From positions 7,626,001-7,690,000 of the forward strand of contig JAQFVV010000007.1 of the NCBI GenBank assembly GCA_028023455.1: 64,000 nt of DNA. The letters are read 5' to 3'. Below, in pieces: positions 11,930 through 24,832 of this stretch. Every line of letters begins with the position of its first letter. The first letter of the stretch is position 1. The position numbers and the translations under genes are program-made. The notes beneath the pieces were generated by a model. That model searched no databases. It was not told the DNA's origin and saw only the letters and a list, made by a program, of their open reading frames with translations. The stretch is from Epiperipatus broadwayi (Eukaryota > Animalia > Onychophora).

Positions 11930-13900
11930 TTGTATCCTCACTTCTCGATATATGATATAATTTAAAATATGACTAGCTCAATAAAATCATTATACTCGGC
12001 TAAAATATGTACAATTATCTTTAATATATTTTTATAATATTATAACTTATCAAATTAATATAGTTCAATATAATGTATTAATCAAATAAGTATTTAATTA
12101 AAATCATGAGACTGTGAAGTGAAGTTACAATTGGTAATCAGATTTACATTGAGTCAATATCTTTCCAAGACACTGTCTCAATGGCATAAGAATACTATTA
12201 CTTCTAATTATCTCATTACTAACTCTACAGCACTCTTATGACTTTTATAAATGAATTATCTTTTATAATAATAGATAAATAAATCTCAATCTATTGTTAA
12301 GGAAATATAATTAAAATGATCTCAGGTCCTTCTAATTATCTTAAAGTAATAATAATTCATGTAGATAGGAATGATAAGGGATTTAATATCAAACCTAAAT
12401 ACACCTAACTTATTCTAATAATAATCACTAACAATAATAATCTTTAGGGTATATCTTAATCTTATCTATTGGGTTATACTTTTAATCATTAAGAAAATAA
12501 ACAAATCATATGTATGTCTTTCATTTCCATATAGTATCTAAATTTTAAAATATGTCAAAATATTATAATTTAACAATTTGTGGCAATAAATAATATTATA
12601 CTCTTATATTGTGCATTATAATTACTTTATGACCATTGTAATATTATATGTTAATGTCAATCAATTTCTATAAATTTTATTAAGAAAGTATTTCTTACTC
12701 AAATAATAAAATAATAAATTCATATTGTGCAAATATTATGTATATTCAAATTATCTGTTGTCAAATGCTGTGGTGTAAAATAATGAATTCAACACATCTT
12801 TTAAACAACTTAACAAATTTATTTACATTAACTTTAACAAATAACTTATTTACACTATTTACATTTAAATGAAACTAAAGAAAATAAACAAAAAAAAAAT
12901 AAGAAAATAATAATACAAGATTTTACACTGTTACTATTTCCATAATCATAAGTAGATAATTTATACATTTATTAAATGTTCTATCAATAACATTTAATTA
13001 AGTTTATGACTCTAATTTTAATAAAAATCATTTGTTATCAATTAATATAAGAAAAGGTTTTATGTAAGATATCATTCATGTAGCATGTATGTAAATAAAC
13101 AAACTTTAATAATTAAAAATGCTATTTCACTTAAGTCTTACTGTTATTTATATTATAATGTACTAGTATGTATTAAATGTACCATTAATATCACTTAAAG
13201 ATCAATTAATGTATAAACTGATAGAATTTTGTAATATAATAACAATTATTGATTATCACTGTTTATTTCATTCCGATATAATGTCATACCACATGTCTTA
13301 TCAAAATATGCAATAGGTATATGTTCTTTTAAAAATAATATTTTAAATTATTCAATAATTTCAACTTTTATCAAGTATAATGTTAAATAAAAATTCTATG
13401 ATTCTTTTCCATTTTAAATCATTACTTTTCTTTACTTGTTATTCCTATTCCTTTATAAAACTACTACTTACAAAAGTCATTTAAACCCTATTTAATTTCA
13501 GTAAAAACAAATGACCAATTTTAAAACCAAAAATAATAACGATCCAAACTCTCCTATACCTCATCATCTATTTACAATAAGCCTTCAATCAAAAATATAA
13601 ATTTCTATGTAAAATTAACGTAACTCATCTAATAAAAATAAAATAAAATATAGACCTTATATACTTCTTACTAACTTTAAAAGAAAAATAAATAACTTAC
13701 ACTAGTATAATAAATCTGATTTCTAATATTGGAACAGAAACATTGAAATTCATTCACGAAAGAATCATATAATTATTTCTAGGTTCTCATATTACGTTAT
13801 ACTAAATTTATATCATTAATTTAAAATATGCATATTAAAATAAAACTGCTATTATTAATGTTATGCGTGTATATTATTTAAACATTAATACATTCATACA
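11930..13900 (+). pseudogene. Ancient degraded NUMT: cox1 3' end - cox2 - atp6 - cox3
   Basis: Mitochondrial-code translation: *NMTSSMKSLYS at 11963 (cox1 WNMISSMGSLIS, with the next stop/W 24 codons on, about as expected); SMSFQD at ~12154-12171 and GNMIKMIS..VLLIIL (cox2 start and IEMIWTVLP); ICG at ~12577 (cox2 CSEICG); TNNLFTLF (~12837, atp6 start); LMEFCNMM..SDMMSYHM (atp6); FHE..HIII (~13755, cox3 FHGLHVII). Confidence 0.7.
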
Positions 13901-13999
13901 ATAATCATATAACATTTGATTGATCTAAAGAAAACATAGTAAATACATCAAATTATTATTATTATTACACAATTTTACCATAAATAATACTTCAATGTA

Positions 14000-15340
14000 C
14001 AGTCCGTCACGATGTCCTCCAGGATTCCAGTTTTACAAAATATTTTCACATTTACACTCAACAATTATTCTTTAAAATATTACGTGTTGTATAATTATAA
14101 AATAAACTTTATGCAATAAAAAGTTATATTAGTATTTAGTTATTATTTTAAAAAAAATGTAAATGTACCTTTCCTATCTTTAATAAATCAATACTTAATT
14201 AAATATTTATGTTAGTCAATAAATAAATATATTACATAACATCCAACGGTGTCTTCTTTCCAGTTATAATGTTCTTTTTCCTAGGCACAAACTTTCACCA
14301 AACACTACTTCCTTTTCCGGTACATCACGTGTTCTTTAAAAGTTTTTATGGAATAAATGAAAACGTTCTTTTTAAAAAAATAAAGAAAGTCAGTTCCACC
14401 ATAAAACAAAATAAAATTAAAATAGTTTATAGAATCCAGGTTCATTTCTTTTTTTAAAAAAAATATTATTTAAAAGTTATTATTTTTAGAATTAGTCTAT
14501 AATTTATAAAGTTCTTGTTTAATTATTTTAATTGATTTGATTTGGATATCCACGTAGATTTGCGCATTCCATAATAGATATTCAGGTAAGATTACTTTTA
14601 AAGTCTTTTGTACGGCCAGCGTTCAGACTTTAATAATACAATAATTTTTACTTATAAGGGTTTCTTTACTTATTAAATCACTAATTTATTTGCCTTTTAA
14701 AATTGTCAGAATTTAGTCTTTTAAACCATAAAGACTTAGCAAGGCAAATATTTATTCAATTACTGTTATATATTATATCTTTACCAAGATATATATTTAA
14801 ATTTAGAATTTACAAATACTTGCTTCATAAAGAAGTATTTCTCATTTTAAAAATATCTATTTTATAAAAATTAATTACCATTAGCTTTTAAATTTATACA
14901 AAGTCCAACGTATTACTGTTAGGCATCTAATAACTCTGCTAGTCAATCCAGCATTTGTTAAATTTTCAGTATAAAGTCTCCAACACATTTTATCCTTATA
15001 CGATGTTTTCATGATTATTTGATAGTAAATTGAGCATTAATAAGAAACGATCAATAGGGAACTACAATAAATTAACACTGCATATTTATCGGTAACTTTT
15101 ATAAATTATTTTAAAAACTACTCTCTTATAATTTTAAAATGATTTTGAGAGCGTCTATATTCACTTAGCTATTTTTAATAGCACCTTTACTTTAAGAATT
15201 TCAATCACAAGTTTCCTCCAAACAATTGAACCTTGGTTTTATACCGGAAGAAAACTCCCACTTGATTGGTGAATTAAACAATCGACTTGCTAACTTATTT
15301 ACATATTTCACCAACAAGACAGAATTAAAAATAAATAATG
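14000..15340 (-). mobile_element. Old non-LTR (CR1/L2/Jockey-like) RT remnant
   Basis: With frameshifts: SVLLVKYVNKLASRL, D-LSKSF (DLSKAFD-like), QIYVDIQI (YADD-like) and LG...NWKE, in the expected order on the minus strand. Confidence 0.4.
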
Positions 15341-16208
15341 ACTTTTTTAATATTTATTATTTATCACATTATTAAATTCTTAAATCAATCTTTATCGTTT
15401 ATTTAAATCCATTAAACATTTTTAAAACATTCTTTCTGACTTAATTTCACTTTTAACTTTTATAAGATTATTTTTATAAATAAACTAAGTCTATTTTTAT
15501 TCGTTACGTTTTTAAGCAGTATTTTAAAAATCAAATTTTAATATTTCACATTAATTATCTTTATTTTTATTTCATGATAGCCAAAATAATATTTATAAAT
15601 TTTATAACAGAATTTTTAAAATAGCTTTGCAACTTTACTAAAAAAAACTCCCAAGCATGTGTGTGTGTATTTAATTAACATCTGTTTTACAACAAAGCTA
15701 CAGACGCTTGTAATAATCTAAAAATAAACTAACAATTCACTTTTTAAAAATAAATATTTCTAAAATAAATAATATATGATAACAGTTTTTTAAAATAATA
15801 ATTCGATATTATTAAAATCAAATATTAATCTTCTATTATGTAATACTAATAATTAAAATATTTATATCCATTTATTAAATATTAATTCTTATCAACAATA
15901 AATATAAGCATTTAATTTTAACTTGTCTTTTAAAACTTTAACTTTTTAAGCATTTATTTATTAAATTTATTTATGCAGTATTGCTTATGGCCAGTTTTCC
16001 CAACCATATACCATTATCATTCCCATTGAAATGTCTCTTTCAAACATCAGCACAATTTTCACATATCAAACACTCATGAATTACTTTAGTTACATTTTTT
16101 AAAAGATTGTTATAAACAAATTTAACATCATATAGTTAAATATATCTTAAATTTAAAATTTTTTAAATAAATGGATACAACAATTTATGGAGACCCATAC
16201 AAAAGGGC

Positions 16209-16244
<36 letters not shown>

Positions 16245-16254
16245 TACAGTGTAT

Positions 16255-17455
16255 TATTATTTTGTTTTAATTTCTGATGTTTCTTGTCAAGGTTAAGATG
16301 CTAATGAAGAAATGTTGTGACTTAAGTAATAGAAAGATTGAGCATGAAGTAAAGGATAATTATTTTTATATATATTTGTAAATTTGATGGTTGATTATTC
16401 AGAATAGATAAATGAACAAAAAAATTATTTCCTTCAGCTTTACAATTAATTGATTTCAAATTGATTTTAGAAGAAAGAGATGAAATAAGTGATCTCCACA
16501 AGGCTAGAATGTGTTGTGCTTCATCATCTCTATTTAAACCATCTGATCTCTCTAATATTTCAACAGACTCTCTTGGTTCTAAAATCATACTTTTCCAAAT
16601 TATCTAATATTTAATATTCTCAAAGTCATGTGTGTGATTAATTTCCCAAAATGTGAGGTAAAAGCTGATATATTTAATTTTTGATCAAACATATTTGATG
16701 CTCCCTAATTCTGCCACTTATTCATCTACTGGAATGACCAACATACCTTTTTGAGCTCTATAAACATGGAATTTCATAGACACTTTGGTATTCTAAAAGT
16801 ACTTTGGATTTACAGAAATAATAATTTTGCTAATAAAAAAGGTAGTTTTAATATTGATCTTAGATAGGGTTCTACTGATGTTATCAGTGACTCCTTTAAT
16901 ATAAGATAAAACTATTCTATTAACAAGATGGGTTACCAATTTTATCATCTTTTTTCTTATTAGTATCAATGCTAACTAAACCTTTATATATGTTTTTATT
17001 GTATCCATTAAAAAGTAGAATATTTTCAATTAGTACTATTTCTTGAGTAAATTGAATTTTATGAGATAAATCATGTGCTCTTATCAAAATATTTTTGGCC
17101 ACAGTAAATATATGAGCAGGATTATGATAAGAATTAAAATTAAGATATCTATTTGTATGGATGAATTTTTCTATAAACACATATTGATAAAGAGTTTTTA
17201 AAACATCTAGAAAAAATATTCTGTAGTTTTGAACTTCCTTGGTAAATATAATATTAGGATGCCATTCACTAAAACAACAAGACAGAAATTCAAGATGTCA
17301 ATACAATAAAGGTATATAACATGTGTATCACCCACATATCAGCCCAATAAAAGATATCCTGCTAACTGCATTTAATAACTGATTTTCAAAATTATTCATG
17401 AAGAGATCAGAAATTACAGGTGACAGTGGAGAGCCTATAGAAAACCCTTTAATGT
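16255..17455 (-). mobile_element. Penelope-like element (family E) RT-thumb-GIY-YIG remnant, 5'-truncated
   Basis: GFSIGSPLSPVISDLFMNNFEN (PLE GxxMGSPLSP motif); ORF 16920-17180 HTNRYLNFNSYH...LFNGY (PLE thumb); ORF 16322-16588 carries the endonuclease C-terminus (RESVEIL). Confidence 0.9.
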
Positions 17456-17624
17456 ATTTATATTTTGACAGTCATAAATAAAAAAAATGTTTTCTATGTT
17501 TACTAGTATTCATGTTAGAGAAGCTTTATTTATAATAGTTTAATACAATAATTTATCTGATTTTATTATTTCATTGGCAATAGATTACCTTGAAATTACA
17601 TATTTTATTTATGATTTTCAAAAG

Positions 17625-18770
17625 TATTTAAAGAGCTTTCTGTAGGCTCTCCACTATCATCTATAATTGCTGATCTTAGCATGAATAATTTTGAAAATCA
17701 TGTATTAATTAAATGCAGCTAGTAAGAGACCTTCCCTTTGATTCAGATATGTGAATTTATATCGCTTTATGGTATTTATGCTTTGAATTCATTTTTTTTT
17801 TCAATGGATACCATTTTAATATCTAATGACTGTTTTTCAATATCTATTTATAGAAAATGCACACATACTAACAGATATCTTAATTTTAATTCTCATCATT
17901 ATTCTGCTCATATATTTTACATGGCAAGAAATCTTTTCATGAATCATAAAGTTTGTGTGATAAAGATTACCTTGCTCAAGAAATAGAACTGACTAAAACT
18001 ATTCTATTTTCTAATGGGTACAATAAAAACATTATATATAAAGGTTTACACAACATTCATACTAATAAAAAAAGATAATAAAATTGACAACTGAACTAGT
18101 TATAGAATTGGTTTATTTTATATAAAAGAAATCACTAATAGGATCATGAAAACATTATCCAAATACCTTTTCCACTAGTAAAAAAATGGGTGATTTTTTT
18201 GTAAACCTAAAGGCTAAGTACTTTGGAATCTAAGGTATCTATGAAATTCAATGTTTATATTACTCAAGAAGCTATGTGGTCAATCTAATAGATGAATTAA
18301 TGTCAGAATTAGGGGGCACAAAAATGCCTCCAATTAAAAGTTAAATACATCAGCTTTTATTTCACATTTTTCAAAAACTGTTCAACAGCCTGACTTTGGT
18401 AATATTAAAATACTAGTTAATTTGAAAAATTATAATTTGAGAATCATGAGAGAGACTATTGAAGTGTTACAAAGACTGGGTGATTTAAGTAAATCCAAAG
18501 AAGCACAACATATTTCAGTCTTGGGGAAACCCTTTACTTTATCACTTTCTTCTAAATTCAACTTGAAATCAATTAATTGTAAAACTGAAGAAAATAAAAT
18601 TTTTTTGTTAATCACTGAATAATTGATAAATATATATAAGAGTGATTATTATTTTATTGCACACTCCATCTCATTACTTCTTAAGACATAACAGTTCTTC
18701 ATTAAGACCGTAACCTAGTCAAGGATGAATGTTATTTTACTGAGTCATCGAAAATTAAAACAAAACAACA
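17625..18770 (+). mobile_element. Penelope-like element (family E) remnant, inverted partner of 16255-17455
   Basis: LSVGSPLSSIIADLSMNNFEN at ~17637; ORF 17738-17986 SIYRKCTHTNRYLNFNSHH; ORF 18422-18622 RETIEVL endonuclease tail. Confidence 0.9.
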
Positions 18771-18869
18771 CATAAAATTATTTTCATCATATAACTATTA
18801 AAATGTTAAATATAATATACACCTATATATATTACATTTAATGTTTTCATGAATATATGATGTAAATAA

Positions 18870-19060
18870 AGTATTTTGAGTTAAACTGTGTATTATTTTG
18901 AATTACTTCCCAACTTTTTGACAAAATAACATCAGTCATTATCAAGGTGATGTTTAAAAAAAAAACTGTTAAATTTTAAGCAGTACAGAGATTGAGTATG
19001 AGGTAAACAATGAGATTGAGTATGAAATAACTGGGTATTCAGAATAGGTGGACTAATCTT
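18870..19060 (-). mobile_element. Family E 3' pseudo-LTR fragment, probably the detached 3' end of the 19905-20450 copy
   Basis: Reverse-complement similarity to ~23640-23810. Confidence 0.6.
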
Positions 19061-19904
19061 TTCTCAAATGTTGGTATGATTTTTGTCATGTTTTTAAGTA
19101 ATTCATCTCCTAGTGAGAATTTTTGCAAGCTTCATACTGAAATAAGTATATTTTTTATATACATTATAATATAAAATTTTAGTTTGAAAAAACCCATAGA
19201 TGGCAAGAAACTTCAAAATTTGGCAACATAACAGGGATTTAATCTTCCTTCCTCCCACATTGATGAATCATGCTTTTGTAGTCCAACATTTCAGACATCA
19301 CAACTTTTTATGACATTGTTTAGAGAAAATAGTTTGAATAATGAAAAATGTGTTTATTTGTGAATTTATTACAATTCAATATTTTTTGTACAATAATTTA
19401 TACAGTATTTATTACAAATCAAAAATACAAATTATTAATCATTTTATTTTGATTGAAATACTTTATTTTTTTAAAATAGAACATTGTAATACAAATATAC
19501 CATAAAGCTATTTACAAGCTTAGCTTCTACATAATCATTATTATTATAATAATGAATATGAAAATATAATATTGCAACAAATATTTTAAAAAAATAAGCT
19601 TTTAAAGTACAATTTATTAGATTTAAGAGAAATAAATAATTATTGATTCAGATCTTTAAAAAAAAGAGACAAATAATGAAGATTTCATTGATTTTGAAAA
19701 ATTAAAATAATCTTTCTAAAAATGATGTACAAAGCTTTTTGTTTTTATTACAAATTCATTTTTTTAATATTTTCAGAAATAAAATATGAATATTCAGAAT
19801 TTATTTCAAAAATAAGCAAAAATTTCTATCAAATGAAGGCAAACTTTTTATTTTTTGATTAGTAATAATGATTTAATATTGAACTTAATGTTGAATGTTA
19901 ACAG

Positions 19905-20450
19905 CAACTGAGAACAAATAAAAATGGCAATTTGTGAGAGGGTTAACAAAATGTTTGTTTTCTTCATTTTCACCATTAATTGATTTCAAGTATATATTAG
20001 AAGAAATAAATAAAATAAATGGTTTCCACGAAAGTGGGGTACATTGTACTTCATCAGTTTTATTTAAATCAGTCTTTTTAATATTTCAATAGACACCCTC
20101 ATGGTTTTCAAATCATAGTTTTCCAAATTAGCAAGCATTTTAGCATTATCACAATCAGGTTTGTGACCAATTTCTAAAAAAAATTGAAATTTTAAAAATT
20201 GATGTATTAAACTTCTGATTGAAGACATTTTTAGATTTTTTAATTCTGACATTAATTCATCTATTGACCTACATAGCTTTGGAGCATTGTAAACATGGAA
20301 TTTCATAAACACCTTGCATTTCAAAAATACTGACTTTAGGTTTATGAAAAAAATCACCATTTTTTTTCCTATTGGAAAAAGTATTCTTTTAATTTTAACA
20401 TTAAAATGATATATTTTGTCATACATCCCATTTTGCTTACTGTGTACCAT
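19905..20450 (-). mobile_element. Penelope-like element (family E) GIY-YIG remnant
   Basis: GVYEIPCLQCSK-SYVGQ (with a frameshift) and FLEIGHKPDCDNAKMLANLENYDLKTMRVSIEILKR in ORF 20064-20489. Confidence 0.9.
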
Positions 20451-21257
20451 AGTAGTAATTATTCTAGATTTAAACCCCACAAAGTACACATATATCCATG
20501 TATATCTACATATAATTATGTATACCTAAATATATATCTACATGTACTTTATGTTAAAGTAAACACATGTCTGTGTAAACATCATTATATATGTGTGGAC
20601 ATACTTACGTATATCTGAGGGAGCTGTGACATGAAACTGTTTTAATAGCATTACAATGAAATTATAATTACAAATCTTTAATTTAATATAATGTACATGT
20701 AAAAAATATTCATCATTTGTTCAAGCATCACATATAAATGCTCAATTCCATGGGTGACCAACATACATATATAATAAAATGTTTATGCAGAAATTATTTA
20801 GTTTCTAAAAATATTTAGATCACACCACATGCACCTGTTTTAGATTTGCCTGGAGGTCAAATATAAAATCTTAAAATAACAAAATTTAAAATATACCTTG
20901 GTCAAAACAAATACAATCATGCAGCACTAATTTCTATTCCCTAGAATTCACATTTATTTATACTAGAATATAAGTGTTATATTTAAAATATTAACAAAAG
21001 AATGTTAAATTTAAAATTTAAAATTAAAAGTTGTAAACAAGCTAATGGGTTTTATGCTGTAAAACCTGGCATATAGGCAAATATGTTAGAGGGATCAGAA
21101 ATCTAGTATATAAACACCCATTTTTCAGCACTCAAAGACTCTCTTGTAATATAATCTAATCAGTAGCCACAGGAGCTACATCCATTAAAAAATTGACATG
21201 AGTGGCTAGGAATACCTTAACTTTGCTGTCTTCCTATCGAAGAATGGTGACTTTTAG

Positions 21258-21415
21258 CCGATCCTGTAGGTTGTGCAGCAATCATCATTGCCACCAGGAT
21301 GGGGGAGTTCAATATCATCAGCTACCAAAAGAAGACATTGAGGAAGAGCAACCTATCCAGAGATGTGACAGTATCCACTCCAAATGCCAGACAACTCAGT
21401 CTCTAGAAAAAATTG
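21258..21415 (+). CDS. Candidate internal exon of unknown gene
   Basis: GC-richer island bounded by cttttag| and G|gtaata, open frame RSCRLCSNHHCHQDGGVQYHQLPKEDIEEEQPIQRCDSIHSKCQTTQSLEKI; no family recognised. Confidence 0.2.
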
Positions 21416-23174
21416 GTAATATTCTTCACCACAGAGCTCTATAAATCTATTAAACTTATAATATTTCATTCATCTAATTATGAGTATTCATAAAGTCATA
21501 ATTCATAATTAATTAAATCTTTGTTTAAAATAAACCTATAAATGTAACTGTAAAAGCTTGTGTATTAATGTAACTCTAAACAAGTTTCTAAATCATAATA
21601 ACTAAATCATTTAGTAATTTAATATTTTCTATAACCTGCAGCCATGCTGAATTTCTATTAGTTATTGATTTCATTTTAAATTTATATACTATGCTATGCC
21701 TCCATTTCAAATCAGGGAGTAATTAATATAAACCTTTTTTTAAAAACATAAATCACTGCTTTGAAATCTATTCTTGCATATAACAACAGACCGCTATGCA
21801 TTCATTGTTATATACATATGTTTTACTTAAGCTGCCGCATATTACCTTGTTAGAGAGATTTGCAAACAGCCAGAAATGATATCACAAGCATATTTGTAAT
21901 TATTATAAAGCCAAAATATGCTTTTCCCTCCTAATTAATTATAAAGGAATATATACAGATTCAATTTATTAAAATTAGATTGCTATTAATGAACTCCTCT
22001 TAGCATGATTAAGATATGCTAATTTGAGAAGTGAATCAAGGTAGTTTCTGCTGAATGAAGCTATAGATTTAAGTGCATTTTAAATTGTCTTTAATATATT
22101 GGTATTATTTATAAGCATTATGAATGCATTTTTACTAAACACTATTGTGTATTACACCTTGTTATGCTTTCCTTTAAATGGGCTCACAGTGACAGCACCC
22201 CATTATTTGGAACAGACTGCAAGATTTCTGAAACTGGAACATGAGGGTCCAGAAACATATTCAGCTGCTCCAACATACCAAACTAAATGTTTTTTATTGC
22301 ACTAGGAAGTCATATGGTCAGGATACTGAGTACTAGGTACTGAATCACATGAATAACTGCACATTCATACTGCGATATTTAATTTACTATCTAATGCCAT
22401 AGTCTCAGATTCCCAGTTATGGCAACCAATTGTTTCATCCTACTAGTTAACTTCAGCATTGGTCAAAACATGGAATCTGGTTTGCTGAGGGAATCTGTAT
22501 TCAAGCATATTAATTGGCCTCTAATAATAATTTAGGATTAGCAACTTAGTGCTTTATATAGTATCATCCTGGTAATATTTAGCTTATTGCTTTCAAACCT
22601 CAAGGATAATTGGCATAACATATAGGCATGAATCTTTGATTGCAGTTATTAAATTGTATAAAATGCATTATTATTAAGATGAGACATCTGTACTATAATT
22701 ATCTCATCATTGTTGTAATGCTTGTGCATGTAAACTCCACAACCAATGCACATCTTTCTGTTTCCTATGTCTAATCAGTTTATTTAGTTTTGCTTATTAA
22801 ATATATTTAAATTTACTATTGTTTAGTGAATCTCTTGCAATCCATTCCAAGTCAAATCCAACTCAATTTAAAATATAATCTTATTAATACATATATGCAT
22901 TATCATAGAAAGCTGTAAGTTTTGAAATGTCTCTTTAATATTTATTATTATAAATTATTAATTATTCCACTGAGTATCATGTTCTACTCTTTTCTCAGAG
23001 GGCTTGTGAATTAAATTGAGACCGAGTGTAACCTCATAAATGTCAGCCATAGAGTATTAAATCATGGAGCACTAGTAAATCAGTTGAAATATTGTTAGAT
23101 TCAGTCTCAACCCCTCACTGGGATCAGCTCTGGTGTAATTTGCCTGAACTCTGGATTTTGCTGCATAAATGTAC

Positions 23175-23810
23175 AAATATGATCATTATTCTTTCCCACT
23201 GACAAAAAAATGATTTTTTCCATAAACCTAAATACAGAATACTTTTAGAATATCAGAGTGTTTATAAAATTACATGTTTACAGTACTCAAATAACTACGT
23301 AGGCCAATCGAATGGACAAATTCACAACAAAATTAAGGAACATAAAAATGCTATCAATCAGAAGATAAATACATCAGTTTTTACTTCACATTTTTTAAAA
23401 ATTGGTCACAAACCTGATTTTGATCATGCTAAAATGCTTGCTAATTTGAAAAAGTATGATTTGAAAACCATGAGGGAATTTATTGAAATATTAAAAAGAC
23501 CAACCAGTTTAAATAAAACTGATAAAGCACAATTGTATTCCAGCCCTGTGGAGACCACTTATTTTATCTCTTTCTTCTAATATAAGTGTGAAATCAATTA
23601 ATGGTGAAACTGAAGAAAATAAACATTTTGTTAATCCAGATATTCTGAATACTTAACTATTTCATGTTCAATCTTATTCTTTCCCTCATATTCAATTATT
23701 ACTGCTTAAGATCTACTGTTTTTTCTTTAAAAACTTGATTTTGATAATGGTGGACATTATTTTGTCAAAACATTGGAAGGTACTACAAAATAATGTACAG
23801 TTTAACCCAA
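23175..23810 (+). mobile_element. Penelope-like element (family E) GIY-YIG domain and 3' end
   Basis: Open frame ~23255-23580: QSVYKITCLQYSNNYVGQSNGQIHNKIKEHKNAI...HFLKIGHKPDF...REFIEILKR...LNKTD, matching the GIY-YIG motif and the PLE His/Glu residues. Confidence 0.92.
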
Positions 23811-24446
23811 GAAATGCTTTGATCTATCCACACAGTTAAATTACATATTCAAACTTCAATATCAAAGTAATATTATGAATTTATTTAAAAAGAAACTAAT
23901 TTGTTGTGATAAATGTGATCTCATTTGGTCTCCTAAGCAACTGATGATATACAGTTTGCTTGACAGAAACACTTGTTCTGCAGAAGTTTACTTGACTTTT
24001 ATTTCAAATGTTATACATAAGACTAAGTTCCAATAAATGTTTATAGAAGGCATAAACTCAAATAGATTATATACAAAATCATATGTAATCACACAGAATC
24101 CCCTAGCTTGCATATAATTTCAACTAATTCACTTCATATCATTCTCATTATATATATAAGTGAAGATAATAAATAAATAGCAAACAGTATTGACAAATGC
24201 ACCCTTTAAATAACCCCATATTAATGTTGCGATCTCATATCATTATCTGATAGTTTCTTAATATTCATATTTATGTGAATAACTTACTATCAGAAATTAC
24301 TGCTATACTATAAGATTACTTGCTAACACTATTTTAGCAAATCTTTTGATATAGATCAACAATTATCTGGAAAGAGTAAAATCTTGTTTTATTCAGGCTT
24401 AAACAAAATAATAAAAGCAACTATAATTGCTGTCTTATGTGATGCA

Positions 24447-24832
24447 CAGGACATCCCTTAAATCTGGACATGTAGGCAAAAGTACATATTTTTAAAAAAA
24501 TCAAGTTTATTAACAACATTTTTATCCAACTGGAACATTAAATAACATCATCAATATGATTTCAATCATTTGGAATGCAAAGATTGATGCATTTTGCAAA
24601 ATTCATTTGAACTCGATGTAATAAATCCACATTGTCATCAATTTTAGCACATTCACTCTTTAGGTGTTCAATCAAGGGTGTTAGATCTGGGATTTTCATT
24701 GAGTACATATTTTTCTAATGTGGAAAAGCCAAGTGGAATCCTCCTTGGATGATGTGCATTAAATTCATCTACTATCTTTTTGATATATAGTTAATGAGAT
24801 TTCTTATGTGTCCAGACTTAAAGAATACCCTG
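24447..24832 (-). mobile_element. Internally deleted Tc1/mariner element with ~28-bp TIRs
   Basis: caggacatcccttaaatctggacatgta versus the reverse complement of tatgtgtccagacttaaagaataccctg; internal PDLTPL...CAKI...RVQMNFAKCINLCI transposase C-terminus. Confidence 0.75.

Noticed and set aside
14000-14450. EGF-like RCPPGF (+) and Bro-N-like NEPGFYKL (-) peptides
   Set aside because: Isolated short matches interrupted by stops; the region is better explained as an old LINE remnant.
21270-21345. WW-domain-like LPPGW
   Set aside because: The frame closes within 12 codons and lacks the YY/W residues.
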